Shown here: positions 36,341 through 49,032 of the stretch, one piece after another
Layout of the letters: the number at the start of each line of letters is the position of its first letter
How positions within the stretch are numbered: position 1 is the first letter of the stretch
DNA from: Eremomyces bilateralis CBS 781.70
Taxonomy: Eukaryota
Length of the DNA: 64,000 nt
Strand: one strand, 5' to 3'
Assembly: GCA_010015585.1 (NCBI GenBank)
Contig: ML975172.1
Notes under the pieces: generated by a model
The model's database searches: none
Told to the model about the DNA's origin: nothing
The model's input: the letters and a program-made list of their open reading frames with translations, nothing else
Translations under genes and position numbers: made by a program

Positions 36341-37755
36341 TTAGCTCAAAATCCGAAGCAGCTCCTCTACGACCGCGTCGCCAACCTCGGTGGTCTTCGC
36401 CGTTCCGCCAATGTCCCCGGTGTTGATCCCCTTCTCGATCACGATCTTGACCGCATCGTCGATCGCCTGGGCAATTTCCGGAAGGCAGAGCGAGTATTTG
36501 AACATCATCGACACCGAGAGGATGGACGCGACGGGGTTGACGATGCCCTTGCCCGAGATGTCCGGGGCGGATCCTGCAATATATCAGCTTCTGCTTCCCA
36601 AATTCCAAGTTCTCACCACTCACCATGAATCGGCTCATAAACGCCATTGCACGGCGTTTTCCCATCCGGAATCCCACTCAAACTCGCACTTGGCAACAAC
36701 CCCAAGCTCCCCGGAATCACACTTGCCTCATCGCTAATTATATCCCCGAACAGATTGCTCGTGACGATGATCCCATTCAGCGACCGCGGATTCTTCACCA
36801 TGATCATCGCCGCGCTGTCGATCAACTGATGCCCCAGCTCCAACTGCGGAAACTCCTCCGCGAATACCTCGCTCACCACCTTGCGCCACAGCCGACTCGT
36901 CGCCAACACGTTCGCCTTGTCCAGACTCCACACCTTCGCCGGCGGGTCCTCCGCGAGGGCAAGGGACGCAGCCAAGCGGGCGATACGCTGGACCTCAGAC
37001 TTGCTGTATGGCTCGATGTCATAGGCGGTCGGGTCCTCATCGGTGGCCTCCTTGCGGTCGCCGAAGTAGATGCCGCCGGTCAGCTCGCGGAGGATGGTGA
37101 ACTTGGTGCCCTTGGCGATGTGTTCTTTGAGTGGGGAGTTGGCGAGGAGGGAGTCGGAGGCGAAGAAGCAGGGGCGGAGGTTGCCGAAGGTTTGGAGATG
37201 TTTGCGGAGGGCAAGGATGCCTTGTTCGGGCCGGACGAGGCCGGTACCCCATTCCTGTGGGGGTTAGTGGAAGGATATGAGGGGGAGAGGGGGGGAGGGG
37301 TGGAGGTACGGGACCGCCGATGGCGCCGAGGAAGATGGCGTCGGCTTTTTTTGCGGCTTCGAGGGCGGAGTCGGTGAGAGGGACGCCATGGGCATTTATT
37401 GAAGCCTGTGAGGAGGTGAGATTATGTCGTTGGAATCTGTCCGATGGTTGCCGTACCCCGCCGAGCAGTTGCTCATTGATATTGAACGAGAGACTTGGTC
37501 TTGCCTTCTCGACGGCTTTGATGACCTTGGGACATGTTAGCTACTCGCTATACAATCTCTCATTGAGAATTGGGTTATCTCACCTTGACGGCTTCTGCTG
37601 TGACCTGACATCTGTGAGCACACGTCTATTGAATGCGGGGCTTTTCTCATACTTCTGGACCGCAATGGTCGCCTATGTTCTCCATTAGTGACGGGTCCAA
37701 TAATTCTCCAGAGATTGTAATTACCTGGGAAGGTGACGATATTAAACGACGACAT
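36341..37755 (-). CDS. LEU2: 3-isopropylmalate dehydrogenase (multi-exon)
   Basis: [97 protein letters not shown]. Confidence 0.97.
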
Positions 37756-38315
37756 TTTGCTTGATGAATAACCTGGAATATAGAAGAATGAAAGGTGTAC
37801 GATGGTATATATACCGGTATTGAGTGAGCAGGAAAATGCCAATCCGGGGAACGAACATCCAAAACGCGCCCGATCTCGGGGCTCATCCGATCCACAGTCT
37901 CGGCTTCGTGTGAGTCTAGACGGCCGAGTTTCGGCTCTGATTTCGGGACCCTGTCATTGGCTAAGATGATAAGATCCCGATGAACGGAGAGTCCGAGCTT
38001 TGGCGCATATCGATGCCAGAATCGTAGTCAATAGCAAAGGGAAGACCTGAGAGTCCAGATATCAACCTGTGCTTCGTTCATGATATGCTGTGAACATTCC
38101 GTGCATCTAACCATTGGTCTTTCTAGTTATTGTATATAAGGAATAAGATATTGCAAGACTAATTTCAAGGCTTAATTCATAAGGGACAAGTCAGTTTAAG
38201 GGAAATCACGCTGACAAGCAGCATGGTGCAACCATCCGATCGCCACTCGTTAATATCACATTCACTTCTCCATTCATCTTCATATCCATTTTGATTTTCA
38301 CCTTCAATCACTTCC

Positions 38316-41165
38316 ATGCGGCCAAATCTCCGTCACCTTTACACCCTGCCCGTCAAATCTGCTGCTTTTCGACACGGCCGCTTCACTACCCGCAGACATA
38401 ACACCCCTAACAACAAACCTCCCACAGGTCATCCCGAATCTCCGAATCTGACCAAAGAGGCGAATACCCAATCCAATCACTTGAAAGTCAAGCGAAACGA
38501 CCCATTTGCAGCTCCTCGGATCCGCAAACACCCTTTCGGACCTCACTCTGGTACTGCGATACAACCTCCTTCCGCCTCCTCACCTCCGCAGACCCTAGGA
38601 AAAGTTCCATCCGACGTCCCCAGCACGATTCCAGACACAGCCCAACGATATGACCATTTAAAAGACAAGCGAACAGGTCAATTTGCGGATCCTCGGATAA
38701 GGAAACTCAAACGTAAATTCTCCCCCGTCCGAATCACAACACATCCGAGTACTACACTACAGCCGCTTCCTCTCCCCTCGCTTTTACGGAGGCTCGAACA
38801 GGATCCGTCTGACTCAACGCTACCCGTTCGAAAGCGACACATAAAACAGAAATTGAAATTGAAATCTCTCGTTAGACGCGTCGAGAACGGTCCCAAACAA
38901 GACGAGTTGGTTGGATCAACGTGGTGGACAGCTTCAGCCCACGAAGAAGCTCACCAAGAGGGTGAACAAGACAACCACCGAGTACCCGACCTCGATACCG
39001 ACGTCGATATAAGAGATATGTCTCGCTATGTGCCCCCCGCGTTCCGTAAGCGCGAACAACAAGACCCAGAGTCACCCAGCTCTCCCGTCCAATCGACCGA
39101 GACTCCCACGTCGCCTATGCAGGAACGGCCTCCCCCAAAACCTCAACCCCTTCTCTACACGAAAACAGAGCTGCATCACTATTTCTGGCCGGATGAAGAC
39201 GTTCAGACTCTTCGGCACGCCTTCGATGAGCGAGCGCGGATGAGCAATGGGCCTGGACGTGTGCCAACGGCTAATATTAAGTCCGAAGCAGAAGGAAAGG
39301 AGTTTGCTGAGGTTGTCAATGGCGTAGACGCACCGGCTGCATCCACCACTGCTCAATCGGAAGCTGCAGATTTCCCTGAGGGAGTCGAAGAGACCAAGAT
39401 CGAAGAGACTAAGACCGAAGCCACCAACGACGAAGCCACCAACGACGAAGCCACCAACGACGAAGCCACCAAGGCCGAAGTCACCAAGGACCAAGCCAGC
39501 ACTATTACCCCCACCGCTACCGCCAACCCTCCATCTCCCATCCAATCTACCAATGCAGCCGGCAAATTCGATACGCTCCAATCCTCCGCCGCCACCCCCC
39601 ACGACCTCTCCATGATCGTGATCCACCACGGCGCAAACCCCCTCTGGCACACCCAGCGCACCATCTTCGCCAAAACCAACATCCACCTCCTCCCCCATCT
39701 TCCCGGCGCCATCCCCCAAACCAACCAACCCCAACCTCCCACGTCCCGCGCCGAGTTCGTCGACGACTGGGACTACGTCCCCTCCTCGGAGCGTCTCGGC
39801 TCCGGTCATCCACCTCCGCCCCCTCTCCGCCCCCTCCCGACCACAGGATCCACCAATCCTGCCGCTAAGCTCCCCGCGGTCCCCGTCTTCGAGCAATTCC
39901 GGCGTGGCGGCGCCCGCAATTTCCGGTTCGCGGGGTATTTCCGGATGGCGCGACTTCAGATATTGGCGCCGTGGAGCGACGAGCTGAAGCGGATGATGGC
40001 GATTAAGTGGGAAAGGCGGGATGCGAAGCGGAAGGCGGAGGATTGGAATCGGGGGATGGGGTGTTGGTGGGCGGTGGTGGGGTTGGAGGAGGTGCAGGGA
40101 GGGAATACCGTGAATCATTCGGGTGCGGCTACGGCTGCGGCCGGGACTGCAGAGACGGTTGTAGATGCGGCGACGGAGACGGCTACGGATACAGACACGA
40201 ATACGAGCTCGGCCGATGCGAACGGCAAGGAAACTCACCAAGCGAGCGGCACGCAGCCTACCGCGCTCCCTCCCCCCGCCATCGACCGCATCGACCTCGC
40301 CATCCACCCCGATCACTCTCCCTCCGACTTCGAGAACCATCGCGGTCAACGCCAGCCATTCGGACGCGGGCGCGGACGCGGACGCGGAACGGAGAATCGC
40401 TTTGGCGGGGGTTGGGGTCGACAGGGGTATGCGGGCGGTTCTAATGCCGGTGGCGGTTCTAGGTATGGGTATGGTGGAGAGAGGAGGGCAGTGGAGGATG
40501 TGAGGCTGGAAGAGGAGGTGAGGGACGCGAGGGGCATGGTCCGGGATGTCCGGTTGGAGGAGGCCGGGACGGAGAATCGCGCGCCGAGGGGGATGGTGCG
40601 CGACGTGCGGTTGGAGGAACAAGAAGAGCAGGAAAAGTTGGCGCGATATGCGCCGTTAGAGGAGAACCGGGCGCCGCGGGGGATGGTGCGAGATGTGCGG
40701 TTGGAGGTGGAAAATAGAGCTCCACGAGGGGTGGTGCGCGACGTCCAGTTGGAGGAAACCAACGCGCCGAAGCCGACGGCGAGCTATGTCCCCTTCACTG
40801 AACCCCGAGGCCGCAGAGACATGGTGCGCGACGTCTGGCTAGAGGAACAAGAAGCGGCCCAGGCGATGGCGGAATCTGTTTCGCCAGAGCAACCCCGTGG
40901 TCGCAGCCGGACGGTGCAAGATGGACAGGTCGAGGAAACTGAAGCGCCAGCGCCTACGGCGAGCTATGTCCCCATGGACGAAAAAAGGGGTCGACGGGGC
41001 ATGGTGCGGGACGTCCGGGTGGAGGAGCAGGAGGAGCGGGAGCGACAGGAGCAGATGAAGAGGGCGGCGATGGAGCAGCGGGGACAGAATGGGGAGAGGG
41101 TGGAGGAGTCGTATGAAGGGAAAATCTCCCCACGGCTGTCGTATCGGCCGTTATGGGAGAGTTGA
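38316..41165 (+). CDS. Hypothetical protein (949-aa ORF; real start may be MSRYVPP at 39018) with RG-rich segment and C-terminal repeats
   Basis: Uninterrupted long ORF. Globular-looking core (IFAKTNIHLLP...VFEQ...FRFAGYF...WWAVVGLE), GRGRGRG, and 8 copies of an RGMVRDVRLEE-like motif. Confidence 0.8.
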   Translation: MRPNLRHLYTLPVKSAAFRHGRFTTRRHNTPNNKPPTGHPESPNLTKEANTQSNHLKVKRNDPFAAPRIRKHPFGPHSGTAIQPPSASSPPQTLGKVPSDVPSTIPDTAQRYDHLKDKRTGQFADPRIRKLKRKFSPVRITTHPSTTLQPLPLPSLLRRLEQDPSDSTLPVRKRHIKQKLKLKSLVRRVENGPKQDELVGSTWWTASAHEEAHQEGEQDNHRVPDLDTDVDIRDMSRYVPPAFRKREQQDPESPSSPVQSTETPTSPMQERPPPKPQPLLYTKTELHHYFWPDEDVQTLRHAFDERARMSNGPGRVPTANIKSEAEGKEFAEVVNGVDAPAASTTAQSEAADFPEGVEETKIEETKTEATNDEATNDEATNDEATKAEVTKDQASTITPTATANPPSPIQSTNAAGKFDTLQSSAATPHDLSMIVIHHGANPLWHTQRTIFAKTNIHLLPHLPGAIPQTNQPQPPTSRAEFVDDWDYVPSSERLGSGHPPPPPLRPLPTTGSTNPAAKLPAVPVFEQFRRGGARNFRFAGYFRMARLQILAPWSDELKRMMAIKWERRDAKRKAEDWNRGMGCWWAVVGLEEVQGGNTVNHSGAATAAAGTAETVVDAATETATDTDTNTSSADANGKETHQASGTQPTALPPPAIDRIDLAIHPDHSPSDFENHRGQRQPFGRGRGRGRGTENRFGGGWGRQGYAGGSNAGGGSRYGYGGERRAVEDVRLEEEVRDARGMVRDVRLEEAGTENRAPRGMVRDVRLEEQEEQEKLARYAPLEENRAPRGMVRDVRLEVENRAPRGVVRDVQLEETNAPKPTASYVPFTEPRGRRDMVRDVWLEEQEAAQAMAESVSPEQPRGRSRTVQDGQVEETEAPAPTASYVPMDEKRGRRGMVRDVRVEEQEERERQEQMKRAAMEQRGQNGERVEESYEGKISPRLSYRPLWES
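39416..39472 (+). repeat. 15-bp coding tandem repeat (ATNDE)n
   Basis: CCACCAACGACGAAG x3 plus partial flanking copies. Confidence 0.9.
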
Positions 41166-43055
41166 GGGGAGGTGCGCGTAATACGCTGGTAGAGACAATC
41201 GGAGGGGACGGGGTGAAGGGTTGTGCTGGTGAATAGGAGGAAGGAAATGATGAACGATTGTATAATTCCTCTGTATAGATACCCCAAAACTGCGTTATGT
41301 ATGAACACCCTGCCTCGGTGCGTCTGATTCGGATGAAGTGCGATGGCGTGGCTACTGACAATGGTTTACCTTATCATATCTGGACTTCTCACGATGGACA
41401 TATGGCGGAGAATGTAGACGATACAGGACATCAATCAATGTTGAGATGGGGAGGACGGTGTCAATCCATCCATCCATCCATCCAGTGCAGAGCAACAGGT
41501 ATCCCGTCCCAAGGCCGATAATTCCACCGACGTCGGATTCGGCGATGTGATGAAGGTCAATCCTAAATAGATAGATGTTGAATACGCGGTGCGACCATCC
41601 ATCCATCTCTGATCTCATATTCTCATACGATTTCACCAGCCGGGAGGTTACCGTTCGCTATATGTATTCTGACCGTGAAGCCATTGCTCGCTACGAATCC
41701 GCTCGGGCGCATCGTCACCATCCTCTCCCACGAGTGAGCCCCAGCGGTCACGATCCGCCAGGGAGATATTTCCTTATCCCCTTTCCCATCTTGCATCACG
41801 ACCAGTGGAAAACATCAGTCATCAACAGCCAAAGTAAACCTCAATGTCACCATACCATCCCAATCCTCGCATCTCCAAATCCTCACATCCTGATCGCTGC
41901 GCCTCGTGGACCCTGACGCGCCCATGCAGCCACAGCCCAGTCCTCCGCAGCGCGGCGGTGCAGCCCGCACGCAAGCCATGGCAACCCGAGCATGGACGAA
42001 GGCTAGCTGCAAATGGAAGCTATGTGTGTAGCATGGCGAGCGAGGTGGGGTAGTCGAGCGGGTGGTTTATAATTGGATGTAGGATGGAGGACGCAGGGTG
42101 GGCGGGTTGTCACTTGTCAGTTGTCAGAGGCTGTAAGCTGGGGGTCCGCCGCGTTGGTGGGGTGGTTTGCGAGATTGGAGATCAGGATGGATGCCACTTG
42201 TACTTTTGTAGTCCTACTTGCGAGAGACAAAGGAAAGGAAGATGTAAAGATAGACGAGATAGTTGTTCAGGTAGTCGGTCGGTCGTTGGTGCTGCAGACC
42301 TTCATAAGGGTTCAAGCTGGACCCGACTACCCAATGTACCCAAACGAATGATACCTCAGATCGAGATTGATCTTGTAAGACCGCACGCAATGAACAAAAA
42401 TACGAACGCCGTCAAGCTCCCACCTGGGAATTTATTGCTAACTTCAGCGATCAACTGGGCATAATTCGATGATCGGGATCGCGGGAATTCAGGGCTGATG
42501 ACCCCAACTCGCAGCAAGAATACTATTGCAGCCCATCATCACATTCCTCCCCGTATTCAGGATGCCAATCGAGATCTCAGTCGTGTCTTTGCTACAAGGG
42601 AAAATACTCAATAGAGAGAGGGAGCAACACGAGATTTCAACTGAATCCGAACCAAGGATAGTGGATGATGGATGATCGATAATTAGCACCTAGCAGAGGT
42701 GGTGGCTTAGCCGCTTAGGGGTTTATCGGGATCTCTAGTGTTAGCTGCTGACAATCATCATACCCAACGAATGCTTAATATTAGCTGGCGACTTAGCGTT
42801 CTTAGTGATTTCGGCTTCACTCAGCCTCACGAAGAAACGGAAGAATCGAGAATTCCTTGTTCACTTGGTTGAGTTGGTTTACTTGGTTCATTTGGTTCAC
42901 CTTCCCCGGCGCACCCGACCTTCGCCCACATCCCAAGCTACATCTAACTGAGTTGGTATACTTTGTATGGATACTGGCAAATACCAAGCCCGGCTACCTG
43001 CAAGCTACAACATCCAAAGCCTCTTAACCTCGTGTCAATCTGACATCCGCATTTT

Positions 43056-43120
43056 GCTGTCACTGTCGCTGTCGCTGTCGCTGTCGCTCTCTCTAGCTCT
43101 CTCTCTCGGACTCTCTCATT
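43056..43120 (+). repeat. (GCTGTC)n and (CT)n microsatellites upstream of the Hsp70-like gene
   Basis: gctgtcactgtcgctgtcgctgtcgctgtcgctctctctagctctctctctc. Confidence 0.8.
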
Positions 43121-43480
43121 CTCACTCCCCCTAGTCCTCTTCTAGTTTCCGGTGTGATTTTCTCGGTCTCAAACGAATCCCTTCCTCTCCTTTCTTACTC
43201 CCTTTCATTCTTTCGCTTCACGCCCACCACAACCTGAATACGACCTGAGTACTCCCATCCGATACCTAGCCTTGGCTCTGAAACCACCTCACTCCTCCAT
43301 CCTCCCAGCCCGTTCTCCCCTTGTCTCATCCACCTGAATCACCGCCACCTTTCAACCCATTTTCCTGTCTCGCTTCTTTCCTGCAGCTCCCTCCCTCGTT
43401 TCCTACATCTCCTACATCTTCCCCTCCTCCCTCCCTCCTCCTCGCCCTCTCCCCCTCCAACCCTCTCCCCTTCGACATTT

Positions 43481-46039
43481 ATGTCGTCGCGCTTCAAAAA
43501 CCTCCTCAGCTCCTCTCGACGCACTTCGTCCGTCCCCAATTCCGGCAACCCCCCACCCGCGAACTCCACCCCCCTACCCCCCAACTCCCTCCCGTCCTCC
43601 AACTCCCCCCAACCCCCCGCCGCCTCCCCTCCCCCCGGCAGCTCGTCTTCCTCCCTCCATTCCCACCCCCTCCCCAACGCCCCTTATCCGCCCACTGGCA
43701 CCCCCTCCGCCATGAACCCCAACAACCCTCTCGGTCGTCCCCCCTCGTACAGCTATGCCGCCCAGCCCGGCGGAGGTCTCGCTGCCGGCGCGCCCCCGGG
43801 CCAGCATCGTCCGACGAGCCCCATGCCGCCGCCGCCCATCAACACCAACACGAACCAGATGGGGGGTTATCCGCCGCAGCAGGTGTATGGTGCCCCGCCG
43901 CCTCAGGCTGGCCCGCCTGGGTATCCGCAGAATCCGGCGAGCTATGGGCAACCAGGTGGTGGGTATCCGCAAAATCCGGCGCCGGCGGTGCCGTATTCGA
44001 GGCCGGGTGCCGTGGAGGTGGATGGAGGTGGGAGAAGTAAGGCGCAGTTGATTGTGGGGATTGATTTTGTGAGTGTTCCTTTGACCATATACAGCAGACA
44101 TACTATCAAGGCGGGCGGAATGGGTGCACAGCTAGATGTTATGTTTGGACGATCAACAGAGCTGATGGGTGGATATAGGGAACCACATTCTCCGGTGTCG
44201 CGTTTGCGTTTGCGACCAATACCGAAGCAAAGGAAGACATAATAGCCGAATGGCCCGGCGCTGGCAACCAGACGAAGCAAAAGGTATGCCCCCTCAATAC
44301 TCTTCCTCACAACCCCTAACCCTTCAGATCCCCACCGTCCTCTACTACGACCAATACCAAAAAGTCGTTGGATGGGGCCCCGACATCGCGGATGCCCTCG
44401 CCCCCACCGGCTATCCCAAACCCGGCGTCCAAAAAGTCGAATGGTTCAAACTCCAGCTCATGCTCTCCGGCAACACGTACATCGACCCCATCAACCTCCC
44501 CCCGCTTCCTCCAGGAAAGTCTGAAGTCGATGTCGCCGCCGACTACCTCTTCCATCTCCGCCAAGCCATGCGCAACCAGCTCCAGAAAATCCTCGGCGAG
44601 GTCTTCTCCCGCGAGGAGCGCAACATCCGCTACTACCTCACCGTCCCCGCCATCTGGAACGACGCCGCCAAGGCCGCCACCCGCGCCGCGGCCATCCAGG
44701 CCGGCTTTCTCCGCGACGACAACGACAACCGCCTCACCCTCATCACCGAGCCCGAGGCCGCCGCCCTCTTCTGCTCCAAGACCGGCCTCCTCAACCTCAA
44801 GATCCACGACGCCGTGCTGATCGTTGACTGCGGCGGCGGTACCGTTGATCTCATCGCCTACGAGGTCGAGGAGGAAAACCCCTTCTCCGTCGCCGAGTGC
44901 ACCGCCGGCTCCGGCGACTCCTGCGGGAGCACCGCGCTCAATCGGAATTTCAGCAACATCCTGCGCGCGAAGATCCGCAAGATGAAGTTGCCGGATGGAA
45001 GCCGCACCGCCGGGAAGGTGTACGCGAAGTGCATCATGGACTTCGAGAACCGCATCAAGGCCGACTTCCGGAACAACGGGCAGAAGTGGGCCGTCGACGT
45101 GGGCATCGAGGCGGAGTTTCCCGAGGCGGGCATTGAGGAGGGGTATATGACCTTCACCAACGAGGAGATCCTGCAGTGTTTCGAGCCGGTGGTGAACCGG
45201 ATCTTGGAGCTGGTGCGGAATCAGATCATCGCGATCCAGGCGCAGAATCGGACGTTACAGGTACGTTTCTTCCCCCTTTTTCTTCTCTTATTTTTCTAAC
45301 ACCCCCCCAGAACGTCCTCGTCGTCGGCGGCTTCGGCGCCTCCGAATACCTCTTCCAACAAATCAAACTCCACGTCCCCCCCCAGTTCCAATCCAAAGTC
45401 GTCCGCCCCATGGACTCCGTCGCCGCCATCGTCAAAGGCGCCGTCACCGCCGGCATCACCGAGCGCATCGTCACCCACCGCGTCGCCCGCCGCCACTACC
45501 TCATGGCCACCCTGCAGCCCTTCAAGCCGGGCCACCACCCCGAGCAGTACCGCGTGCCCAGCCTCGACGGGAAGGATCGCTGCAAGTATACGCGCCAGAT
45601 CTTCGTGCAGAAGGGGCAGCGGGTGAAGATCGGGGAGCCGGTGAAAGTGAGCTTTTTTAGGCAGGTAGCGCCGGGAGCGACGTTGATGTATGAGGATGTT
45701 TTGTATGCGTGCGACGACGATGTTTGCCCGGAGTATACCAAAGATCCCCGTAAGTTTTAGTCCATTCCCTCCCCCCACTCTCCCCTCCCACAACCCCTGC
45801 GAAATCAAAGACCCCCCGCTAACCGTTGAACCTACACAGGCATCAAGGAAGTCATCACCCTCACGTCGGATCTCAGCCGCAAGAACCTCGAGAAGGACTT
45901 CGAGCGCATGGACACGCCGCAGGGCACGTTCTACCGCGTCTACTTCGACATCTACCTAACGCTGGACGGCAGCGAGTTCAACGCGGAGCTGGTGTGTCAA
46001 GGGGAAGTGATGGGGCGTTGCACAGCGCGGTTTAGGTAG
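43481..46039 (+). CDS. Atypical Hsp70-like (HSPA12-type) actin-like ATPase with Pro/Gln-rich N-terminus
   Basis: IVGIDF|GTTFSGVA, LTVPAIW, EPEAAA, DCGGGTVD, LVVGGFGASEYL. Introns near 44069-44178, 44284-44327, 45261-45310 and 45750-45839. Confidence 0.93.
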
Positions 46040-47036
46040 TTGGGACGGCGGCGAACGGCATGGAATTCAGCAAGATGATAGGCGTGGGATGTTGGGCTGA
46101 GGTTGGATGGGAATGGGTTATGCTACGGCCGAATGGATGGATAGATGCAGATGGGCAGGTGGGATGGGATGTGCAGAAAAATAGTCCTCAGTAAGCGTCT
46201 GGTTTCACAAAGCAGAGCAAAGCAGAGCACGTGAGCGATGGTTTCTCCTGAAAGATACACCCCACACCGCACCGTGTTCATTCGACACCCCCTTTTGTTT
46301 CTCGCGTCGTTGGTTTTCTATATAGTCGCTAGGTTAGTTTCATCGTGCGTACGGTTCGGATCGGATCTAATTGATCGATTGATGAGGTTTATGGAGTGGG
46401 TTTTCCGTGTTCGCATGGATTTCTTCTTCGAGTTAGTGATTAATGATCCCGTTCTTCCCGACGATTCGCTTCAAATGCCCAACTAAAGTCAAAGTATTAC
46501 TATTCCCTACAATGTACCGATTCCCAAGATACTACACTACCGCCAGTATTACACTTGCCCTGCCGTCGACACAGTCCGACGAGATGGTTCGCCCATCGAT
46601 CCACCAAGCAAGCAAGCATCAAGCAACCCAGTGCGGGAACTCCTCGCTCGGAAATTATACAGTTTCCTCCCTCCTGTCCGGTACCATATGCCGAAACGAC
46701 CGTCCAACCCTCGTCCACATCGGTGAGGATATGTGAACTGAGCAGGGAGCTCTAAAAGTACAAAGGATGCAGGCCAGCGGGTCGCGATCCAGTACTTCAT
46801 GCCGAAAATAAATGCGGCGCCGTTGCTCGAATCCGTGCAGATCGATCCATCTTGTGCAAAGAGGAATATCGGTGGAAATGGGAAGGGGGACGAGGACGCC
46901 ATCGTCCGGTCCATCACCATCCACCAAATATCCCATCTCTTCCACTTCTCACAGTATTACACCCTCGGCCCCCGCTCCATACCACTCATACCTCCCCCAA
47001 ATCCCATATCTCACCACGCACACGCACCGCCCCTCC

Positions 47037-48111
47037 CTAATCCTTCTTCTTTCCCCTTGCCCTCTTCTCTCTCCTCGCCACCACATCCCCCTCCGCCAAC
47101 CACCGACTCGCCTTCACCAACTGCACCAGATGAATCAGCTGCTTCCCCGCCATCACGGGCGCGCTGACCGTGACCAGGATCCACGGGATCGTGCTGTCCA
47201 TCTTGTTTGCGCGCGCCAGCTCCATCGCGCCCGCGGACCAGGGAGAGGGGAAGATGGAGGGTTTGGGCGGGGGGGCCGCCGCGGGGGTGGACGGGGTGGT
47301 GGGGAGGAGGTGCGGGGAGATGAGCGGAGAGGAGAAGGAGAGGAGGTAGAGGGCGATGAAGAAGAGTTCGTTGAGGGCGCAGAAGGTGAAGAGGACTTTC
47401 TGGAGGGGTGTTAGTGACTTGGCCGTAACAGTGGGGATGAGACGATATGAGATGAGAGAAGGGGATGGAATGACTCTGCAATACTCACATTATTCGAATA
47501 ATACATCTTCAAAATCCAACTCCGCCCCTCGTCCACGTTCTTATGACTCTGTCCCTGCTCCCCCATCGCCAACGTCGCATACATATGCATGTAGTGGCTC
47601 GCCAGATCCAAGCTGATCAGCCCCTGGAAGATGATGCTGTATCGCGGGAACGCCGAGGCGAGGAACACCATCAGACACGCGGTTGTGCAGCGGTCCGTCA
47701 CCATGTCCAACACCGCGCCGAACCGCGTCGATTGGTCGAAGTACCGCGCGGCGTAGCCGTCGAGGGCGTCGAGGGCGCAAGAGACAGAGTAGAGGATGCA
47801 ACAGGTGCGGGGGTGGAGGGACATGTAGTAGAGGGAGGCGAAGGCGAGGATGATGCGGGAGTAGCCTGGATGGGTGGTCAGTATAGGGTTGAGATTGGTA
47901 GATTCGTCGAGGGATCATCTCGCGCTGTTCGGAGAATCAGGAAGGGATGCGTTCCATCGGTCGCAACTAGATAGAGCTGATGGAGATAAGACAAAAGACA
48001 GGACTCACCGATCAAGTTCGGTATGAACAAGAAGATATTCTCCTGCGTCTCGTGGACTGCTCTCGTCGACGCGTGCGCGACGCCATTCGCCTGTGACTTC
48101 CTTCCCGCCAT
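47037..48111 (-). CDS. PIS1: CDP-diacylglycerol--inositol 3-phosphatidyltransferase
   Basis: ENIFLFIPNLIG|YSRI, DALDGYAARYFDQSTRFGAVLDMVTDR (CDP-alcohol motif), LDLASHYMHMY, SHKNVD, CALNELFF. Two introns. Confidence 0.96.
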
Positions 48112-49032
48112 GATACGTGATCGGTTCCGATCGTCTCTTATCAACACCCTTATGCTTCACTTGAATCGGGAGCTAGGTATCCGACCACCAGGCTCACACC
48201 ACCTGAATCCCTTCAAAGTTTCGACTTCCGTGTATGATCAAAGGAGCGACGTGGACGTTCGGCAGTTGCAGCGATATCTCCCAGAACTTTCCGGTTATCC
48301 AGATGGTTCCAACAGCTCCTCAGATACCCCGTTTCGGTTCAGCTTCCTTCCCCTTGCGGGATTTCTATTCCACTGGCAGCACGGGACAGGGCGGATGGGC
48401 TGATATCTGCAGCCTTGGGTAATCGAGAGCTTCCCCTGCAAGGTCCGAATCTCGTGTCCGTGTTTGTTGGTCCGAGATGGGGTCCGCGTCCGTCTTAGGT
48501 GGGGGCCGTAGGGTAGACAGTTAATTCTAGCTTTTCACGCGTATATATTGGAGAAGAAGCCGGTGGGAGACGGTGGAAAGAGATGGGAAGTTGGATGGTA
48601 AAGACGGTGGTGGTGGTGTTGACAAAAAGTTGGACTCAGCCCTGTGAGGAATCAGGAAACAGTGGAGGCGCAAGGCAACACGCGGCCAACACTGAAAACG
48701 GGAAGGGATGCGAGTGGGAAATTGAATCTTGCGAGATTGGGAATGAGGAGATGTGGACTTTGTTGAAAATGATTCGAGAAATAGTCTAAGGTGATAATGT
48801 ACCGAATTAATCGTCAATTGGTCGTGGAGGTAGATTACTTTACGAGCGCTGGCAAACAGACGGCCTCCTGGACAAGACGCTCCAGAAATACAAAGGGTCT
48901 CGAGTCGTATCTACATTAAATAGTACATGATCTTTCGTCCCATAAACAAATGACAATCCTCGATCGCTCGAGCATATGCACGCTTTCGAATGCCAAATCT
49001 AAACGTCCCGGTCATGAATTCCTGCATCCCCA

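Noticed and set aside
39072..40622. 516-aa antisense ORF and other long antisense ORFs (50537-51586, 54056-54967, 36625-37377)
   Set aside because: Shadow ORFs caused by high GC3 on the real genes; no independent motifs.
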